Positions 24,689-34,976 of a stretch of DNA of 35,036 nt are shown piece after piece. The position numbers were made by a program, and so were the translations under genes. The notes under the pieces are model-generated. The model saw nothing but the letters and a program-made list of their open reading frames with translations, did no database searches and was not told where the DNA came from. The stretch is from Candidatus Micrarchaeota archaeon (GTDB lineage Archaea > Micrarchaeota > Micrarchaeia > Micrarchaeales > CABMGC01), in contig CAZLPL010000001.1 of assembly GCA_964561405.1 (NCBI GenBank), forward strand, positions 1 through 35,036. Reading direction: 5' to 3'. Numbering within the stretch: the stretch's first letter is position 1; each line of letters opens with the position of its first letter.

Positions 24689-26269
24689 ATGGCTAAGGTA
24701 AAGGAGATATATTTATGGATAATACTGTTTGCTGCGATAGCGATAGGTTCGGTTTACTTCAGGTATTATTACCAGCCGCAGCTTTCACTCAACGTCTCGT
24801 TTGTTAATTCCACTGGATCCACATACCCGTACCAGCAGGCAGGCATGCACGTTGTTGTGAGAAACACTGGGGCGTCTACCATATCAAACATGTCATTGGG
24901 CCTGTACGTCAACGGCAACATAACGCGCACTTACAGAATCAGCATACCTGGAGGTGAGAGCGCAGGCTTGAGCTTCAACTTGACACCTGCGTACAGCGGC
25001 ATATACAATATCACGGTAATTGCAGACCCAAGCAAACTGTACTATATAAGCAACAGAAATTCTTCGCGGGTCAGCAAATTCGTAGAGGTAATGCCTGCAG
25101 ATACAGCTAATCCTGGAGCTTCGTTCACTAGCAACGGGCTGGTAAGCGAAGACATTTACAGGATGTCTACGAGTGGATACGGATTCACGCTCTTCCTTGC
25201 GAACGACACAGGGGCGCAGGAATTCCTGCTAACGCCATTCCAAGACATAAACAACCTCCTCTACCCGACCCTTGACGTTTACTACAGCTATGTAAAGGAT
25301 ATTGCAGTGGGCCATGCATATTACAAGAATTATTCCATGGTATCCGTATGGCTGAAAGGATATCTTACTCCAAATGCCATAGCAACAGTAGCTGTTGGAA
25401 AAGGACTGAACGTAAGCTATAACGGCAGCCTGGATGTTATAGGCTTAGGTTCGAACACCACGATGTGCACGTGGTATTCTGGAGGGTGGGTCAAGGCACT
25501 TGTAGTGGTTAACAGAAGCAGGAGCTGTGCGGCATTCGTGGACGAGAATTCGAGCAGGACCCAAAAACTTGAAGTTGGCAAGTTCGTATACAGCAACCTC
25601 AGCATATACAACTACAGCGGATACTTCGGTAATTACACATACACTGGACAATGGTCCATTGTGAACAAGTCGTTCCTGTTCCAGAGCGTAAGCACAGGGC
25701 CCAATTTCACGAACGTTTGCTACGGCAACATAGAACAGATAGACAACATATCGTACTGCAGTACATACTACCTTGAACCGCAGAACACCATATTAATAAA
25801 GACAAACGCCATACTTGGCGCGTACAACTTCACCACATGGGCGCTGACAAACAACATTACGGTAATAAACCAGACTGGATTCGACAAGGAGCTGGTGGGG
25901 CGATACAACATAACGTCACCTTCATCGCAGTTCGTTTCAGGCTTTGTGAACTCATGCTACATAAACGGGAAGCTAGGATGCTATGGATCTGCATGGAACT
26001 ACAATTCTCTGAGCCTCGGACTCATAAACGAGTACAACTCCACAGTGAGGCTGGAAAGTGTCGGGTGCTATACCAAGGGTGCGCAGAACTACACTCAGGT
26101 AGACCAGACATTGACCCCTGGAGGATACACTTACATAACAATACCATGCTATCAGAACGGAACCCTTATTTCTGGAGTTCCGCTGGGGCTGCAGGTCTAC
26201 CTTAATCTCACGTACCAGGTATCGAATAGCACTTTGAAGGCCATAGGAGATGCAAAACTCGTCAAGTAA
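24689..26269 (+). CDS. N-terminally anchored extracellular protein, extremely rich in N-glycosylation sequons (candidate surface or S-layer-like glycoprotein)
   Basis: It has one N-terminal TM/signal-anchor helix (IYLWIILFAAIAIGSVYF). By my count there are about 29 N-x-S/T sequons and 8 Cys in 526 aa. I recognise no enzymatic motif. Confidence 0.6.
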   Translation: MAKVKEIYLWIILFAAIAIGSVYFRYYYQPQLSLNVSFVNSTGSTYPYQQAGMHVVVRNTGASTISNMSLGLYVNGNITRTYRISIPGGESAGLSFNLTPAYSGIYNITVIADPSKLYYISNRNSSRVSKFVEVMPADTANPGASFTSNGLVSEDIYRMSTSGYGFTLFLANDTGAQEFLLTPFQDINNLLYPTLDVYYSYVKDIAVGHAYYKNYSMVSVWLKGYLTPNAIATVAVGKGLNVSYNGSLDVIGLGSNTTMCTWYSGGWVKALVVVNRSRSCAAFVDENSSRTQKLEVGKFVYSNLSIYNYSGYFGNYTYTGQWSIVNKSFLFQSVSTGPNFTNVCYGNIEQIDNISYCSTYYLEPQNTILIKTNAILGAYNFTTWALTNNITVINQTGFDKELVGRYNITSPSSQFVSGFVNSCYINGKLGCYGSAWNYNSLSLGLINEYNSTVRLESVGCYTKGAQNYTQVDQTLTPGGYTYITIPCYQNGTLISGVPLGLQVYLNLTYQVSNSTLKAIGDAKLVK

Positions 26270-29042
26270 TGCACACTGCGGAAGTTCTGGGCATAGAAGC
26301 CCCTATGACCTGTTCCTTACAAGGTTTAGGGATTTCACCAGCATACAGAAGGCCTCTTTTGAGATAGTAGGGAAGATGGAGGACTGCATAATAACTGCGC
26401 CTACAGGCAGCGGGAAGACGGAGGCTGCGCTCTTGCCAGTCATAGACAGGATACTGCGCAAGAAAGGCAAAGGTATATTCGCCATATACATAACTCCGCT
26501 AAGGGCACTGAACAGAGACTTGGTGGGCAGGCTGGAATGGCTTGGGAGTGAGCTCGGAGTCGATATAGCGGTGAGGCACGGTGACACTTCGCAATCTGAG
26601 CGTAGGGCGCAGTCAGCAAAACCCCCGCAGATACTCATAACCACCCCTGAAAGCGTACAGAACCTTCTGCTCTCGAGCAGGCTCAGGGAGGCTCTTTCTA
26701 ACCTTGACGTTGTGATAGTGGATGAGCTCCATGAGCTGTACTACAACAAGAGAGGGGCGCAGCTTTCAATAGCTCTAGAAAGGGTAGCCGAGGTGGCGGG
26801 CGACTTCCAGAGGATAGGGATAAGCGCCACGATAGGCAACATAGATGAGGCTTCAAGGTTCCTATTCGGTTCTGCAGATTATAAGAAAGTGGAGTCGAAG
26901 ACCACCAAGCATCTTGAGTTCAGCGTGGATATGCCAATGAGGCCTGCCAAAGATGACTTAGAATTCAGGCAGGCTTTTGGACTTGACGTGCAGGCATACG
27001 CAAGGATAGTCAGGGTTGCGGAGCTGATATCAGGATCACAGGCGACCTTGGTATTCTCGAATACGAGGCAGGTGGTTGAGTCTCTTGGCAGCAAGCTCAT
27101 CCAGTTCGGCAAGATGCACGGAATGGCAGAGATAGGCATACACCACAGCTCCATAGACAAGAATGAGAGGGTTCTCATAGAAAACAGATTCAAAGAGGGG
27201 AACCTGAAGGCAATAATCGCCACAAGCTCACTGGAGCTTGGCATAGACGTGGGCAGGATAGACCAGGTTGTACAATACGGATCGCCCAGGCAGGCTATAA
27301 GGCTAATACAAAGAGTGGGAAGAGGGGGGCACAGGGAAGGCGAAAAATCTGTTGGGCATTTGATCGTCCATAACCCCCTTGACGGCATAGAGGCCATTTC
27401 CATTGTGTCTGCGGTGTTGGAATTCAAACTAGAGAAACAACATGTCGAAGTTGGGGCCTTGGACGTGCTGGCAAACCAGATCTCTGCAATGACCCTTGAG
27501 TATCCCCGAATAGAGAAAGGACATATTTTCAACATAGTGCGTAGGGCATACCCTTACTCCGGGCTTAAGGAAGATGATTTTGACAGGGTAATCGCGCTTT
27601 TGTCGGATCTCCATATGGTGGCTGTGGAAGGAACGATGGTGTCCAGGCAGACGAGGGGGCGCATGTACTTCATAAACTCGATAAGCGTTATTCCAGACTC
27701 TACCAGATTTCTTGTGAAGGAAGCTGTAGAGAATAGAATAATATCAACGCTTGATGAGGAGTTCGTCTCTGGCCATATAGAGGATGGGGCAGTATTCATA
27801 ACGAAGGGATTGCCGTGGAGAGTTGTGAGCATAGAGGAGGACGTGATATTCGTAGAGCCTAGCAACGACCTCAACGCTGCTGTTCCAGACTGGGATGGGG
27901 GGGATATACCAGTATCCAGAGACATTGCCATTAGGGTTATGCGCAGCTTCAGGGAAGGGCTCTCCGAACCCAGGTTTGTGGAGGCTGGAACAAGAAAGGC
28001 TCTTGAGGGGTTCATATCTTCGCAGAACGGATTCTTCGGATTTGAGGAGGGCAACGTAGTTATAGAAGAGATGGAGAACTGTGCCATTGCATATATGCCC
28101 CTTGGCAAGCAGGCCAATGAATACATGGCAAGGGCAATGGCCATAATAGCATCGTCATTGGCTGGAGGGAAAGTGAATGTGAAGGCGACGCCGTATGCGC
28201 TGATACTTGATTACAGCTATGTGATAAGAAGGCCTGACACATACCAGGTATTTGAGCTGCTTAAGGGCATGGACTTCAGGAACGTGAAGTTCGTCTCGTC
28301 ATCAGATCTTTTCAGGTACAAATTCATACAGGTCGCAAAGCTCTTCGGGGTGATAGACAAATCGGCGAAGGTGACAAAGTCTACTGTCAACAAGATAATA
28401 AGTTTCTACGAAAACTCGCCGATATATGACGAAGTTGTGAGGGACCTTTACAAAAACTACTTCGACATAGACGTGGCGATGGGGTTCGTATCCAGGCTTA
28501 GGAGCGGTGAGGTAAGCGTCATGGTGTCTAAGAAGAGCGGATCCCCTTTCTCAAAGGAGATATTGCAGACAGTATTCAAATACGGTGAGATGTTGTCCGC
28601 CCCGGAAAGGCTGTCTGTTATAGAGAAGCTTGTTGAGAAATATGATGGGAAGAGTGTGCGTATAAAGTGTACATACTGCGGCCATGTATTCAGTGAGAAG
28701 ATTAAGGTAGGTAACGAGAGACGTATACTCTGCACTTCGTGCCAGAGCCCTTTGGTGGTCACCTACAGTGATGAATACGATAGGTTGGTGTCTAAGAAGC
28801 TTTCAGGGTCAAGGCTTAGCGTAAATGACAACAGGATGTACAAGGATATGATGAAGGAAGCAAGTCTTGTCGATGCTTACGGAGATAGGGCGCTGGTGGC
28901 ATTGTCGACTTATGGAATAGGCATCGAGACTGCGGCGAGGCTGCTGAAATATGTACGTGGAGATTACAAGATGTTCTTTGTTGATGTGATAGAAGCGCAG
29001 AAGAACTTCATAAGGAACAGGAAGTTCTGGAAACTTGACTAA
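26250..29042 (+). CDS. lhr: Lhr-type large DExH-box helicase with a C-terminal zinc ribbon
   Basis: It has motif I APTGSGKTEAALLP, motif II VIVDELHEL and a motif VI-like QRVGRGGHR. A long C-terminal extension contains CTYCG...CTSCQ. It overlaps the upstream gene by 20 nt. Confidence 0.8.
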   Translation: MQNSSSNAHCGSSGHRSPYDLFLTRFRDFTSIQKASFEIVGKMEDCIITAPTGSGKTEAALLPVIDRILRKKGKGIFAIYITPLRALNRDLVGRLEWLGSELGVDIAVRHGDTSQSERRAQSAKPPQILITTPESVQNLLLSSRLREALSNLDVVIVDELHELYYNKRGAQLSIALERVAEVAGDFQRIGISATIGNIDEASRFLFGSADYKKVESKTTKHLEFSVDMPMRPAKDDLEFRQAFGLDVQAYARIVRVAELISGSQATLVFSNTRQVVESLGSKLIQFGKMHGMAEIGIHHSSIDKNERVLIENRFKEGNLKAIIATSSLELGIDVGRIDQVVQYGSPRQAIRLIQRVGRGGHREGEKSVGHLIVHNPLDGIEAISIVSAVLEFKLEKQHVEVGALDVLANQISAMTLEYPRIEKGHIFNIVRRAYPYSGLKEDDFDRVIALLSDLHMVAVEGTMVSRQTRGRMYFINSISVIPDSTRFLVKEAVENRIISTLDEEFVSGHIEDGAVFITKGLPWRVVSIEEDVIFVEPSNDLNAAVPDWDGGDIPVSRDIAIRVMRSFREGLSEPRFVEAGTRKALEGFISSQNGFFGFEEGNVVIEEMENCAIAYMPLGKQANEYMARAMAIIASSLAGGKVNVKATPYALILDYSYVIRRPDTYQVFELLKGMDFRNVKFVSSSDLFRYKFIQVAKLFGVIDKSAKVTKSTVNKIISFYENSPIYDEVVRDLYKNYFDIDVAMGFVSRLRSGEVSVMVSKKSGSPFSKEILQTVFKYGEMLSAPERLSVIEKLVEKYDGKSVRIKCTYCGHVFSEKIKVGNERRILCTSCQSPLVVTYSDEYDRLVSKKLSGSRLSVNDNRMYKDMMKEASLVDAYGDRALVALSTYGIGIETAARLLKYVRGDYKMFFVDVIEAQKNFIRNRKFWKLD

Positions 29043-29061
29043 CACACAAGTATAGCCTGGG

Positions 29062-31518
29062 TTACTGGACGTTTGGTGCAATAGGCTCTGCTGGAACACT
29101 GTCCTGCGGCTGTGAAGCGTCAAGGAGCACAGCGTCCACAACCTTTGTCCCTTGGAGCAGGTGCATGAGCCTTACCCCGCTGGCGGCCCTTCCCGTAACC
29201 CGGATGTCCTTAGTTGGGAATGTTATGCTGACCCCCTGCGAATTTATTATGACCACATTGGATTCCCCTGATAGAAACAGGCACTTCTGGACTAGTCCGG
29301 TCTTCTCATTGACCTTGAGGTTTATGACTCCTCCGCCGCCGCGGCTCTGAAGCCGGTATTCGTTAACGTCAGTTATCTTGCCATAGCCATTCTCGGTTAT
29401 GGTTAGCACGCTGCCGGACTCGCCTGCGGCTATTATGTTCTTTGCCACGTCGCTGTGTTTAAGCCGTATGCCCCTTACCCCGATTGCGCTCCTGCCGATA
29501 TACCTAAGGTCGGACTCGTTGAACTTTATGGCCTTGCCCTCTCTGGTCGCCACAATCAGGTTGCGCTCATTGGAGTACATTATTACATCCGCTATGTGGT
29601 CTGCATCATTCAGGTTTATTGCCCTTATGCCATTGGACCTAGGCCTGGAGAAGAGCGAGGCCTTCACCTTCTTGACGATACCTTTCGAGGTGAGAAACGC
29701 TAGTTTTGAATTTGTGAATTCATTTATGTTGAGTATGCCTATTATCTTCTCGTCCTGCATGTCTATCAGATTGACTATGGCCTTGCCCTCCGAATACCTC
29801 CCACTTTCAGGTATGTTGTAGGCCTTTACCCAGTATGCCCTGCCGGTATTGGTTATGCCTATGATGAAGTCCTTGTTGTTGCACGTGAGGATCTGCTTCA
29901 CGTAATCGCCTTCCTTGAGGTTTATGGATATTATACCCCTGCCCCCTCTGCCCTGTTCCTTGTAGTTGTTGAGAGCCAGCTTCTTTACATATCCGCTGTT
30001 CGTCAGGATTACAGTTACCTTTTCGTTGCTTATGGTATCTTCGTCAGTTATCTCAGATGCCTCGTCGGAATATACTATCTGCGTCCTCCTGGGCCTTGAG
30101 TATCTCTTCCTGATGTCAGCTATCTCATCCTTTATTATCTGGTCAACCACGGCAGGCGCGGATATGACATTTGAATAGTATCTTACTTTCTCTTCCAGGG
30201 TCTTTTTCTCTACGGTGAGGGAGTCATTTTCCAGGTGTGTAAGCCTGCTGAGCTTCATGTCAAGTATTGCATTTGACTGCTTCTCGGTAAGACCGTAGCC
30301 AGACATGAGCTTGCCCCTGGCCTCACTTGTATCGCTGCTGGACTTTATTGAGGCAATTATAGAATCTATCTGGATTATTGCGAGCAGAAGGCCTTCCACT
30401 ATGTGCAGCCTTGCCTGGGCCACATTAAGTTCATAGCGGCTTCTCTTTAGCACTACCTCTCGCCTATGATTAAGAAAGGTGTCTATGAGCTGCACTATAT
30501 TTAAGTTTTTAAGGCTCTTTCCGATTATGGCAAGGTTGATTATGGGGAAGGTGACCTGGAGCTGTGTATGCTTGTAGAGCATGTTAAGTATCTGCTCTCC
30601 CTCCGCGTTTTCCTTGAAATCTACAATGATCTTTATACCGCTCTTATCGCTCTCATCACGTATGTCCTTGAGGCCCACTATCTTCTTCTCACGCGCGAGA
30701 TGAGCCATTGTCTGTATTATATTCGACTTATTAACGTTGTAAGGTATCTCAGTTATTGTTATCTTTTTGTTTTCATCGTCTATTTCGGCTTTGGCCTTAA
30801 GGCTCATCTGGCCCCTGCCGTACAGGTATCCATTAAATGCATTTGGTGACATTACCGCAATCCCTCCGGTTGGGAAATCCGGACCTTTCAGCACATTCAT
30901 TATATCGCTAGCTGTTGCATCCTTATTGTCTATCTTGAGCATGGTTGCGTCACAAACCTCAGCAAGGTTGTGTGGGGGTATGCTTGTGGCTACCCCTACA
31001 GCGATTCCTGTTGCTCCGTTTATCAGCAGATTTGGCACTTTTGACGGGAGGACTATGGGCTCCTTTTCTGTATCGTCAAAATTGGGGGCAAAGTCTACTG
31101 TCTCCTTGTCCAGATCCTCCAGTATCTCCTCAGAGAGGCGGGTAAGCCTTACTTCGGTGTATCTCATAGCTGCGGGCAGATCCCCATCTATGGATCCGAA
31201 GTTCCCCTGGCCTTCGACCAGAGTATGGTTCATTGAAAATGTCTGGGCAAGCCTAGCAAGGGAATCGTATATTGCCGTGTCCCCGTGGGGGTGGAATTTA
31301 CCCATAACCTCTCCCACGACCCTTGCACTCTTCTTGGTGGGCTGGTTATGGAGGTTTTTCAGGTTGTACATTGAGTAGAGTATTCTCCTTTGGACCGGTT
31401 TCAGTCCGTCCCTCGCATCAGGTATAGCCCTGCCTATTATGACGCTCATGGCATAGTCTATGTAGCTGGACTGCAGCTCATCCTCCAAAGAGACTGGTAA
31501 CATATCTGACATAATCAC
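29062..31518 (-). CDS. gyrA: DNA gyrase subunit A
   Basis: It has [21 protein letters not shown], the active-site region [10 protein letters not shown], and C-terminal beta-pinwheel repeats. The ORF is 818 aa. Confidence 0.95.
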   Translation of the reverse strand: MIMSDMLPVSLEDELQSSYIDYAMSVIIGRAIPDARDGLKPVQRRILYSMYNLKNLHNQPTKKSARVVGEVMGKFHPHGDTAIYDSLARLAQTFSMNHTLVEGQGNFGSIDGDLPAAMRYTEVRLTRLSEEILEDLDKETVDFAPNFDDTEKEPIVLPSKVPNLLINGATGIAVGVATSIPPHNLAEVCDATMLKIDNKDATASDIMNVLKGPDFPTGGIAVMSPNAFNGYLYGRGQMSLKAKAEIDDENKKITITEIPYNVNKSNIIQTMAHLAREKKIVGLKDIRDESDKSGIKIIVDFKENAEGEQILNMLYKHTQLQVTFPIINLAIIGKSLKNLNIVQLIDTFLNHRREVVLKRSRYELNVAQARLHIVEGLLLAIIQIDSIIASIKSSSDTSEARGKLMSGYGLTEKQSNAILDMKLSRLTHLENDSLTVEKKTLEEKVRYYSNVISAPAVVDQIIKDEIADIRKRYSRPRRTQIVYSDEASEITDEDTISNEKVTVILTNSGYVKKLALNNYKEQGRGGRGIISINLKEGDYVKQILTCNNKDFIIGITNTGRAYWVKAYNIPESGRYSEGKAIVNLIDMQDEKIIGILNINEFTNSKLAFLTSKGIVKKVKASLFSRPRSNGIRAINLNDADHIADVIMYSNERNLIVATREGKAIKFNESDLRYIGRSAIGVRGIRLKHSDVAKNIIAAGESGSVLTITENGYGKITDVNEYRLQSRGGGGVINLKVNEKTGLVQKCLFLSGESNVVIINSQGVSITFPTKDIRVTGRAASGVRLMHLLQGTKVVDAVLLDASQPQDSVPAEPIAPNVQ

Positions 31519-33449
31519 ACATCAAGGGATTTTACCTGCTCGGCATGCTCATGCAGGAATTTCCTGCGTTGCAACACGTCGGTTCCCATGAGGATCTTGA
31601 ATAATTCCTCTGCTCGCTGGGCATCGTGTATAGTTATCTTCTTAAGTTTCCTGTTAGCGGGGTTCATGGTCGTCTCCCATAGCTGATCCTCATTCATCTC
31701 GCCGAGGCCCTTGTATCTCTGCAGCCCGTCGAAATCCACAAGCTCCTTTCTTTTGGATTCGAGTTCGTCGTCGTTGTAACAGTAATATACGTTTTTGCCT
31801 TTGGTGACCTTGTAAAGGGGAGGTATGGCAGCATATACATAGCCCTGCTCTATTATCTTGCGCATATACCTGTAAAAGAACGTGAGGAGGAGCGTCCTTA
31901 TGTGGCTTCCGTCGACATCTGCATCGGTCATTATTATGATCTTTTTGTACCTGATGTTATCCGGGTTGAAGGTTTCCCTTATCCCAGTGCCGAATGCGGT
32001 TATCATGGTCTTGATTTCGGTGTTGTCGAATATTCTCTCGTCACTGGCCTTCTCCACATTGAGTATCTTGCCTCTGAGAGGAAGTATGGCCTGGATGTTC
32101 TTATCCCTGCCCTGTTTGCTGGAGCCCCCTGCGCTGTTTCCCTCTACTATGAACAATTCGGTTCTTTCAGGGTCATCCAGTATGCAGTCAGCAAGCTTCC
32201 CTGGGAGGACTGTGCTGTCGAATATTGATTTCTTTCTGGCCATATCCCTTGCCTTCCTTGCGCTCTCCCTGGCAGATGCAGCAGACAGCACTTTGCTAGC
32301 TATTGCACGGGCCTCGGAGGGATGCTCCTCGAAGTACCTTGAAAGGAAGGCGTAAGTTACCCCCTCCACGAGGCTCTTTATTGAAGTGTTGCCTAGCTTT
32401 TCCTTAGTCTGGCCTTCGAATTCAGGATTCTGCATCAACACGCTGAGTACTGCAGTAAGGCCCTCCTTCGCATCTTCCCCAGTGAGCTTCAGCTGGGATT
32501 TCTGGAGTTTGTTCTTTTCTATGTAACTGAGTATTGACCTTGTTACAGCCGCATGGAATCCGGAAAGGTGGGTTCCGCCTTCGCCTGTCCGGATGTTGTT
32601 CACGAAAGGCTCTATCTTTTCATCGTAAGAGTCTACGTACTGCATGGCGAATTCCACGATTGTGTCCCCTTCCTTCTTCTTTGCAGATATGATTCCGGAC
32701 ACTGGGGTGGAACCCTCATTTATGAACTTGATGAAGTCGAGTATGCCGGACTCTGAAACAAATGTCTCTTCCTCATGCGTTCCGAAGCGGTCATCAGATA
32801 GTGTTATGTGAAGCCCTGTATTAAGAAATGCAGTATATCTCAACCTTTCCTTTAGTAGCGCCGAGTCGAATGTCTGCACGCTGAATATTTCCTTGTCAGG
32901 TTTGAATGTTATTGTAGTGCCGTTGTCAGAAGTATCCCCAAGTGTCTGAAGTTGGGAGGTTGGCAGGCCCTTTGAGAAGCTCTGGCGGTAGACATGGCCG
33001 TTTCTCCTGACAGTAACATCAGTGTAAACCGAAAGGGCATTGACTACAGTAAGGCCCACACCGTGAAGGCCTCCGGATACCTTATATACGTCGCTATTGA
33101 ACTTGGCCCCTTTATGTATGGTGGTCATTATGACCTCCAGAGCGCTTTTGCCATACTTTTCCATCATCCCTACAGGGATGCCCCTGCCATCATCTATGAC
33201 TTCGGCTATGTCAGTATCAGAATCCTGAGTGAGGTGTATGCGTATATGTTTGCAGTATCCTGCCGCCGCCTCGTCAACAGCATTATCTATCACTTCGTAC
33301 AGAAGGTGTAGGACCCCGGCAGCACCTGTAGAGCCTATATACATCCCTGGCCTCTTACGTATACCCTGAGGCCCTTCCAGGACAATAATTTTTGAAGCGT
33401 CGTAGCTATCCGAATTCGAATCCATCCAAATCAGCAATAAATTAGGCAT
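31515..33449 (-). CDS. gyrB: DNA gyrase subunit B
   Basis: It has IRKRPGMYIGST, YEVIDNAVDEA, the TOPRIM block ELFIVEGNSAGGS, PLRGKILNVEKA and IIIMTDADVDGSHI. It overlaps gyrA by 4 nt. An alternative start is the ATG at 33425 (MDSNSDSYDAS). Confidence 0.95.
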   Translation of the reverse strand: MPNLLLIWMDSNSDSYDASKIIVLEGPQGIRKRPGMYIGSTGAAGVLHLLYEVIDNAVDEAAAGYCKHIRIHLTQDSDTDIAEVIDDGRGIPVGMMEKYGKSALEVIMTTIHKGAKFNSDVYKVSGGLHGVGLTVVNALSVYTDVTVRRNGHVYRQSFSKGLPTSQLQTLGDTSDNGTTITFKPDKEIFSVQTFDSALLKERLRYTAFLNTGLHITLSDDRFGTHEEETFVSESGILDFIKFINEGSTPVSGIISAKKKEGDTIVEFAMQYVDSYDEKIEPFVNNIRTGEGGTHLSGFHAAVTRSILSYIEKNKLQKSQLKLTGEDAKEGLTAVLSVLMQNPEFEGQTKEKLGNTSIKSLVEGVTYAFLSRYFEEHPSEARAIASKVLSAASARESARKARDMARKKSIFDSTVLPGKLADCILDDPERTELFIVEGNSAGGSSKQGRDKNIQAILPLRGKILNVEKASDERIFDNTEIKTMITAFGTGIRETFNPDNIRYKKIIIMTDADVDGSHIRTLLLTFFYRYMRKIIEQGYVYAAIPPLYKVTKGKNVYYCYNDDELESKRKELVDFDGLQRYKGLGEMNEDQLWETTMNPANRKLKKITIHDAQRAEELFKILMGTDVLQRRKFLHEHAEQVKSLDV

Positions 33450-33609
33450 TTATCTATGCATTTAAAGGAATATAAACCTTTTTGAGAGGCTTTTACGACG
33501 ACAGATTTGAAGAGTGGAGACTACCAAGGTATTTATAGCTTGGGTGGGAAAAAATATGTAAATATACACTCGCTTGCTGCGATTGTGGGATTTGTTTGTA
33601 AGTGATTTT

Positions 33610-33666
33610 ATGACGAAGAAAAGAGTTATAATAATCGGGGCTGCTGGGCGCGATAGGCTATTATAG
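33610..33666 (+). other. Orphaned N-terminal fragment (18 codons, MTKKRVIIIGAAGRDRLL-stop) of the downstream COG2403-type gene, in the same frame
   Basis: ATG 33610 to TAG 33664-33666 lies in the same reading frame as the 33694 ORF. VIIIGAAGRD plus the downstream FHNFNV reconstitutes the family N-terminus as I recall it. Confidence 0.55.
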
Positions 33667-33693
33667 GCCCGCGGATTCCACAACTTTAACGTC

Positions 33694-34956
33694 TTGTTCC
33701 GCTCCGATGCCGAGTACGAAGTGGTTGCATTCACTGCAGCCCAGATACCATATATCTCTGGGAGGGCCTACCCTAAAGAGCTCAGCGGGAAGCTTTACCC
33801 AATGGGGGTACAGGTATATGATGAGGGCGAGCTGGGAAACCTTATAAAACGCAAGAATGTGGACCTATGTGTGATGTCCTACAGTGACCTTAGGTATGAA
33901 GATGTAATGCATAAGGCAGGCATAGTGAACGCAACTGGGGCCGATTTCTGGCTGGTAGCCCCAGACCACACCATGCTCAAATCCAGGAAGCCAGTAATAG
34001 CAGTATGTGGGGTCAGGACAGGGGTAGGAAAGAGCCAGACTTCAAGATACGTTTCGAAATTTCTTAGGGACAACGGATTGAAAGTCGTAGTAATAAGGCA
34101 TCCTATGCCTTATGGTGTGTTGAGAAACCAGGCTGTTGAAAGATTCTCAAAACTATCGGACCTTGACAAGTACAAGACCACAATAGAGGAGCGTGAGGAC
34201 TACGAACCGCACATAAAAAATGGTTTCGTAGTATATGCAGGTGTGGATTACAAGGCCATACTTGATAAGGCAGAAGAAGAAGCTGACGTAATACTGTGGG
34301 ATGGTGGAAATAATGACGCATCATTCTACAGGCCAGATCTCCTTATAGTAGTTGCAGACCCCCTGCGCGCGGGCAATGAGCTCACATATTACCCTGGGGA
34401 GACTGTTGCCAGGATGGCGGGTGTGCTGCTCATAAACAAGGTCAACTCAGCAAAGAAGGAGGATGTTGAAAGGGTCAAAGAAGATCTTGAGCGGATAAAC
34501 CCAAATGCGGCCATAGTGCTCGGAAACTCTGAGATATGGGCTGACAACCCGAGGATAATAAAAGGCAGCAAGGTACTGCTGGTTGAGGACGGACCCACAA
34601 TAACACACGGCAACATGACGTTTGGGGCCGCTACTGTTGCAGCTAGGCAGTTCGGGGCTGGGAGCGTAGTGAGCGCAAAGGAGTTTGCAGTTGGAACCAT
34701 ACGCGATACTTTCAAAAAATACCCGTCATTGGATAGAGAGCTACCCGCAATGGGCTACAGTCCGAAGCAGATAAGAGATTTAGAGGCGACTATAAACCAG
34801 GCGGACTGCGACGTAGTGGTGTCGGCCACCCCAACGGATCTGAAGCACCTGATAAGCCCTAACAAGCCAATGGTGCAGGTGCACTATGAACTAGTGCCGA
34901 TAGGCAAATCTCTGGACGCCAAGCTCAGGGCATTTGTGAAAGGCATAAAAAGGTAA
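33694..34956 (+). CDS. COG2403-type P-loop protein (predicted GTPase, often annotated as cyclic 2,3-diphosphoglycerate synthetase-like), N-terminally interrupted
   Basis: It has Walker A AVCGVRTGVGKSQTS, RHPMPYG, EEREDYEPH and ILWDGGNND. The track ORF starts at TTG 33694 only because an in-frame TAG sits at 33664-33666. The feature may be a pseudogene or a split gene. Confidence 0.75.
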   Translation: MFRSDAEYEVVAFTAAQIPYISGRAYPKELSGKLYPMGVQVYDEGELGNLIKRKNVDLCVMSYSDLRYEDVMHKAGIVNATGADFWLVAPDHTMLKSRKPVIAVCGVRTGVGKSQTSRYVSKFLRDNGLKVVVIRHPMPYGVLRNQAVERFSKLSDLDKYKTTIEEREDYEPHIKNGFVVYAGVDYKAILDKAEEEADVILWDGGNNDASFYRPDLLIVVADPLRAGNELTYYPGETVARMAGVLLINKVNSAKKEDVERVKEDLERINPNAAIVLGNSEIWADNPRIIKGSKVLLVEDGPTITHGNMTFGAATVAARQFGAGSVVSAKEFAVGTIRDTFKKYPSLDRELPAMGYSPKQIRDLEATINQADCDVVVSATPTDLKHLISPNKPMVQVHYELVPIGKSLDAKLRAFVKGIKR

Positions 34957-34976
34957 AGGTATATTCTTTAGCGTAA

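Noticed and set aside
26303-28762. Minus-strand ORFs (up to 218 aa) inside the Lhr helicase gene
   Set aside because: They are antisense to a gene with clear helicase motifs, and their composition is typical of non-coding frames.
29165-33311. Plus-strand ORFs (up to 203 aa) inside gyrA/gyrB
   Set aside because: They are antisense to textbook gyrase genes and are shadow ORFs.
33649-33676. Bulge-helix-bulge mini-intron as the explanation for the 21-nt insert carrying TAG
   Set aside because: Only a 4-bp CGCG/CGCG helix can close the insert. I could not draw the two 3-nt bulges around a 4-bp central helix that the archaeal splicing endonuclease requires. The flanking and internal direct repeats point to a duplication or indel instead. 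I keep it only as a low-probability alternative in the finding.
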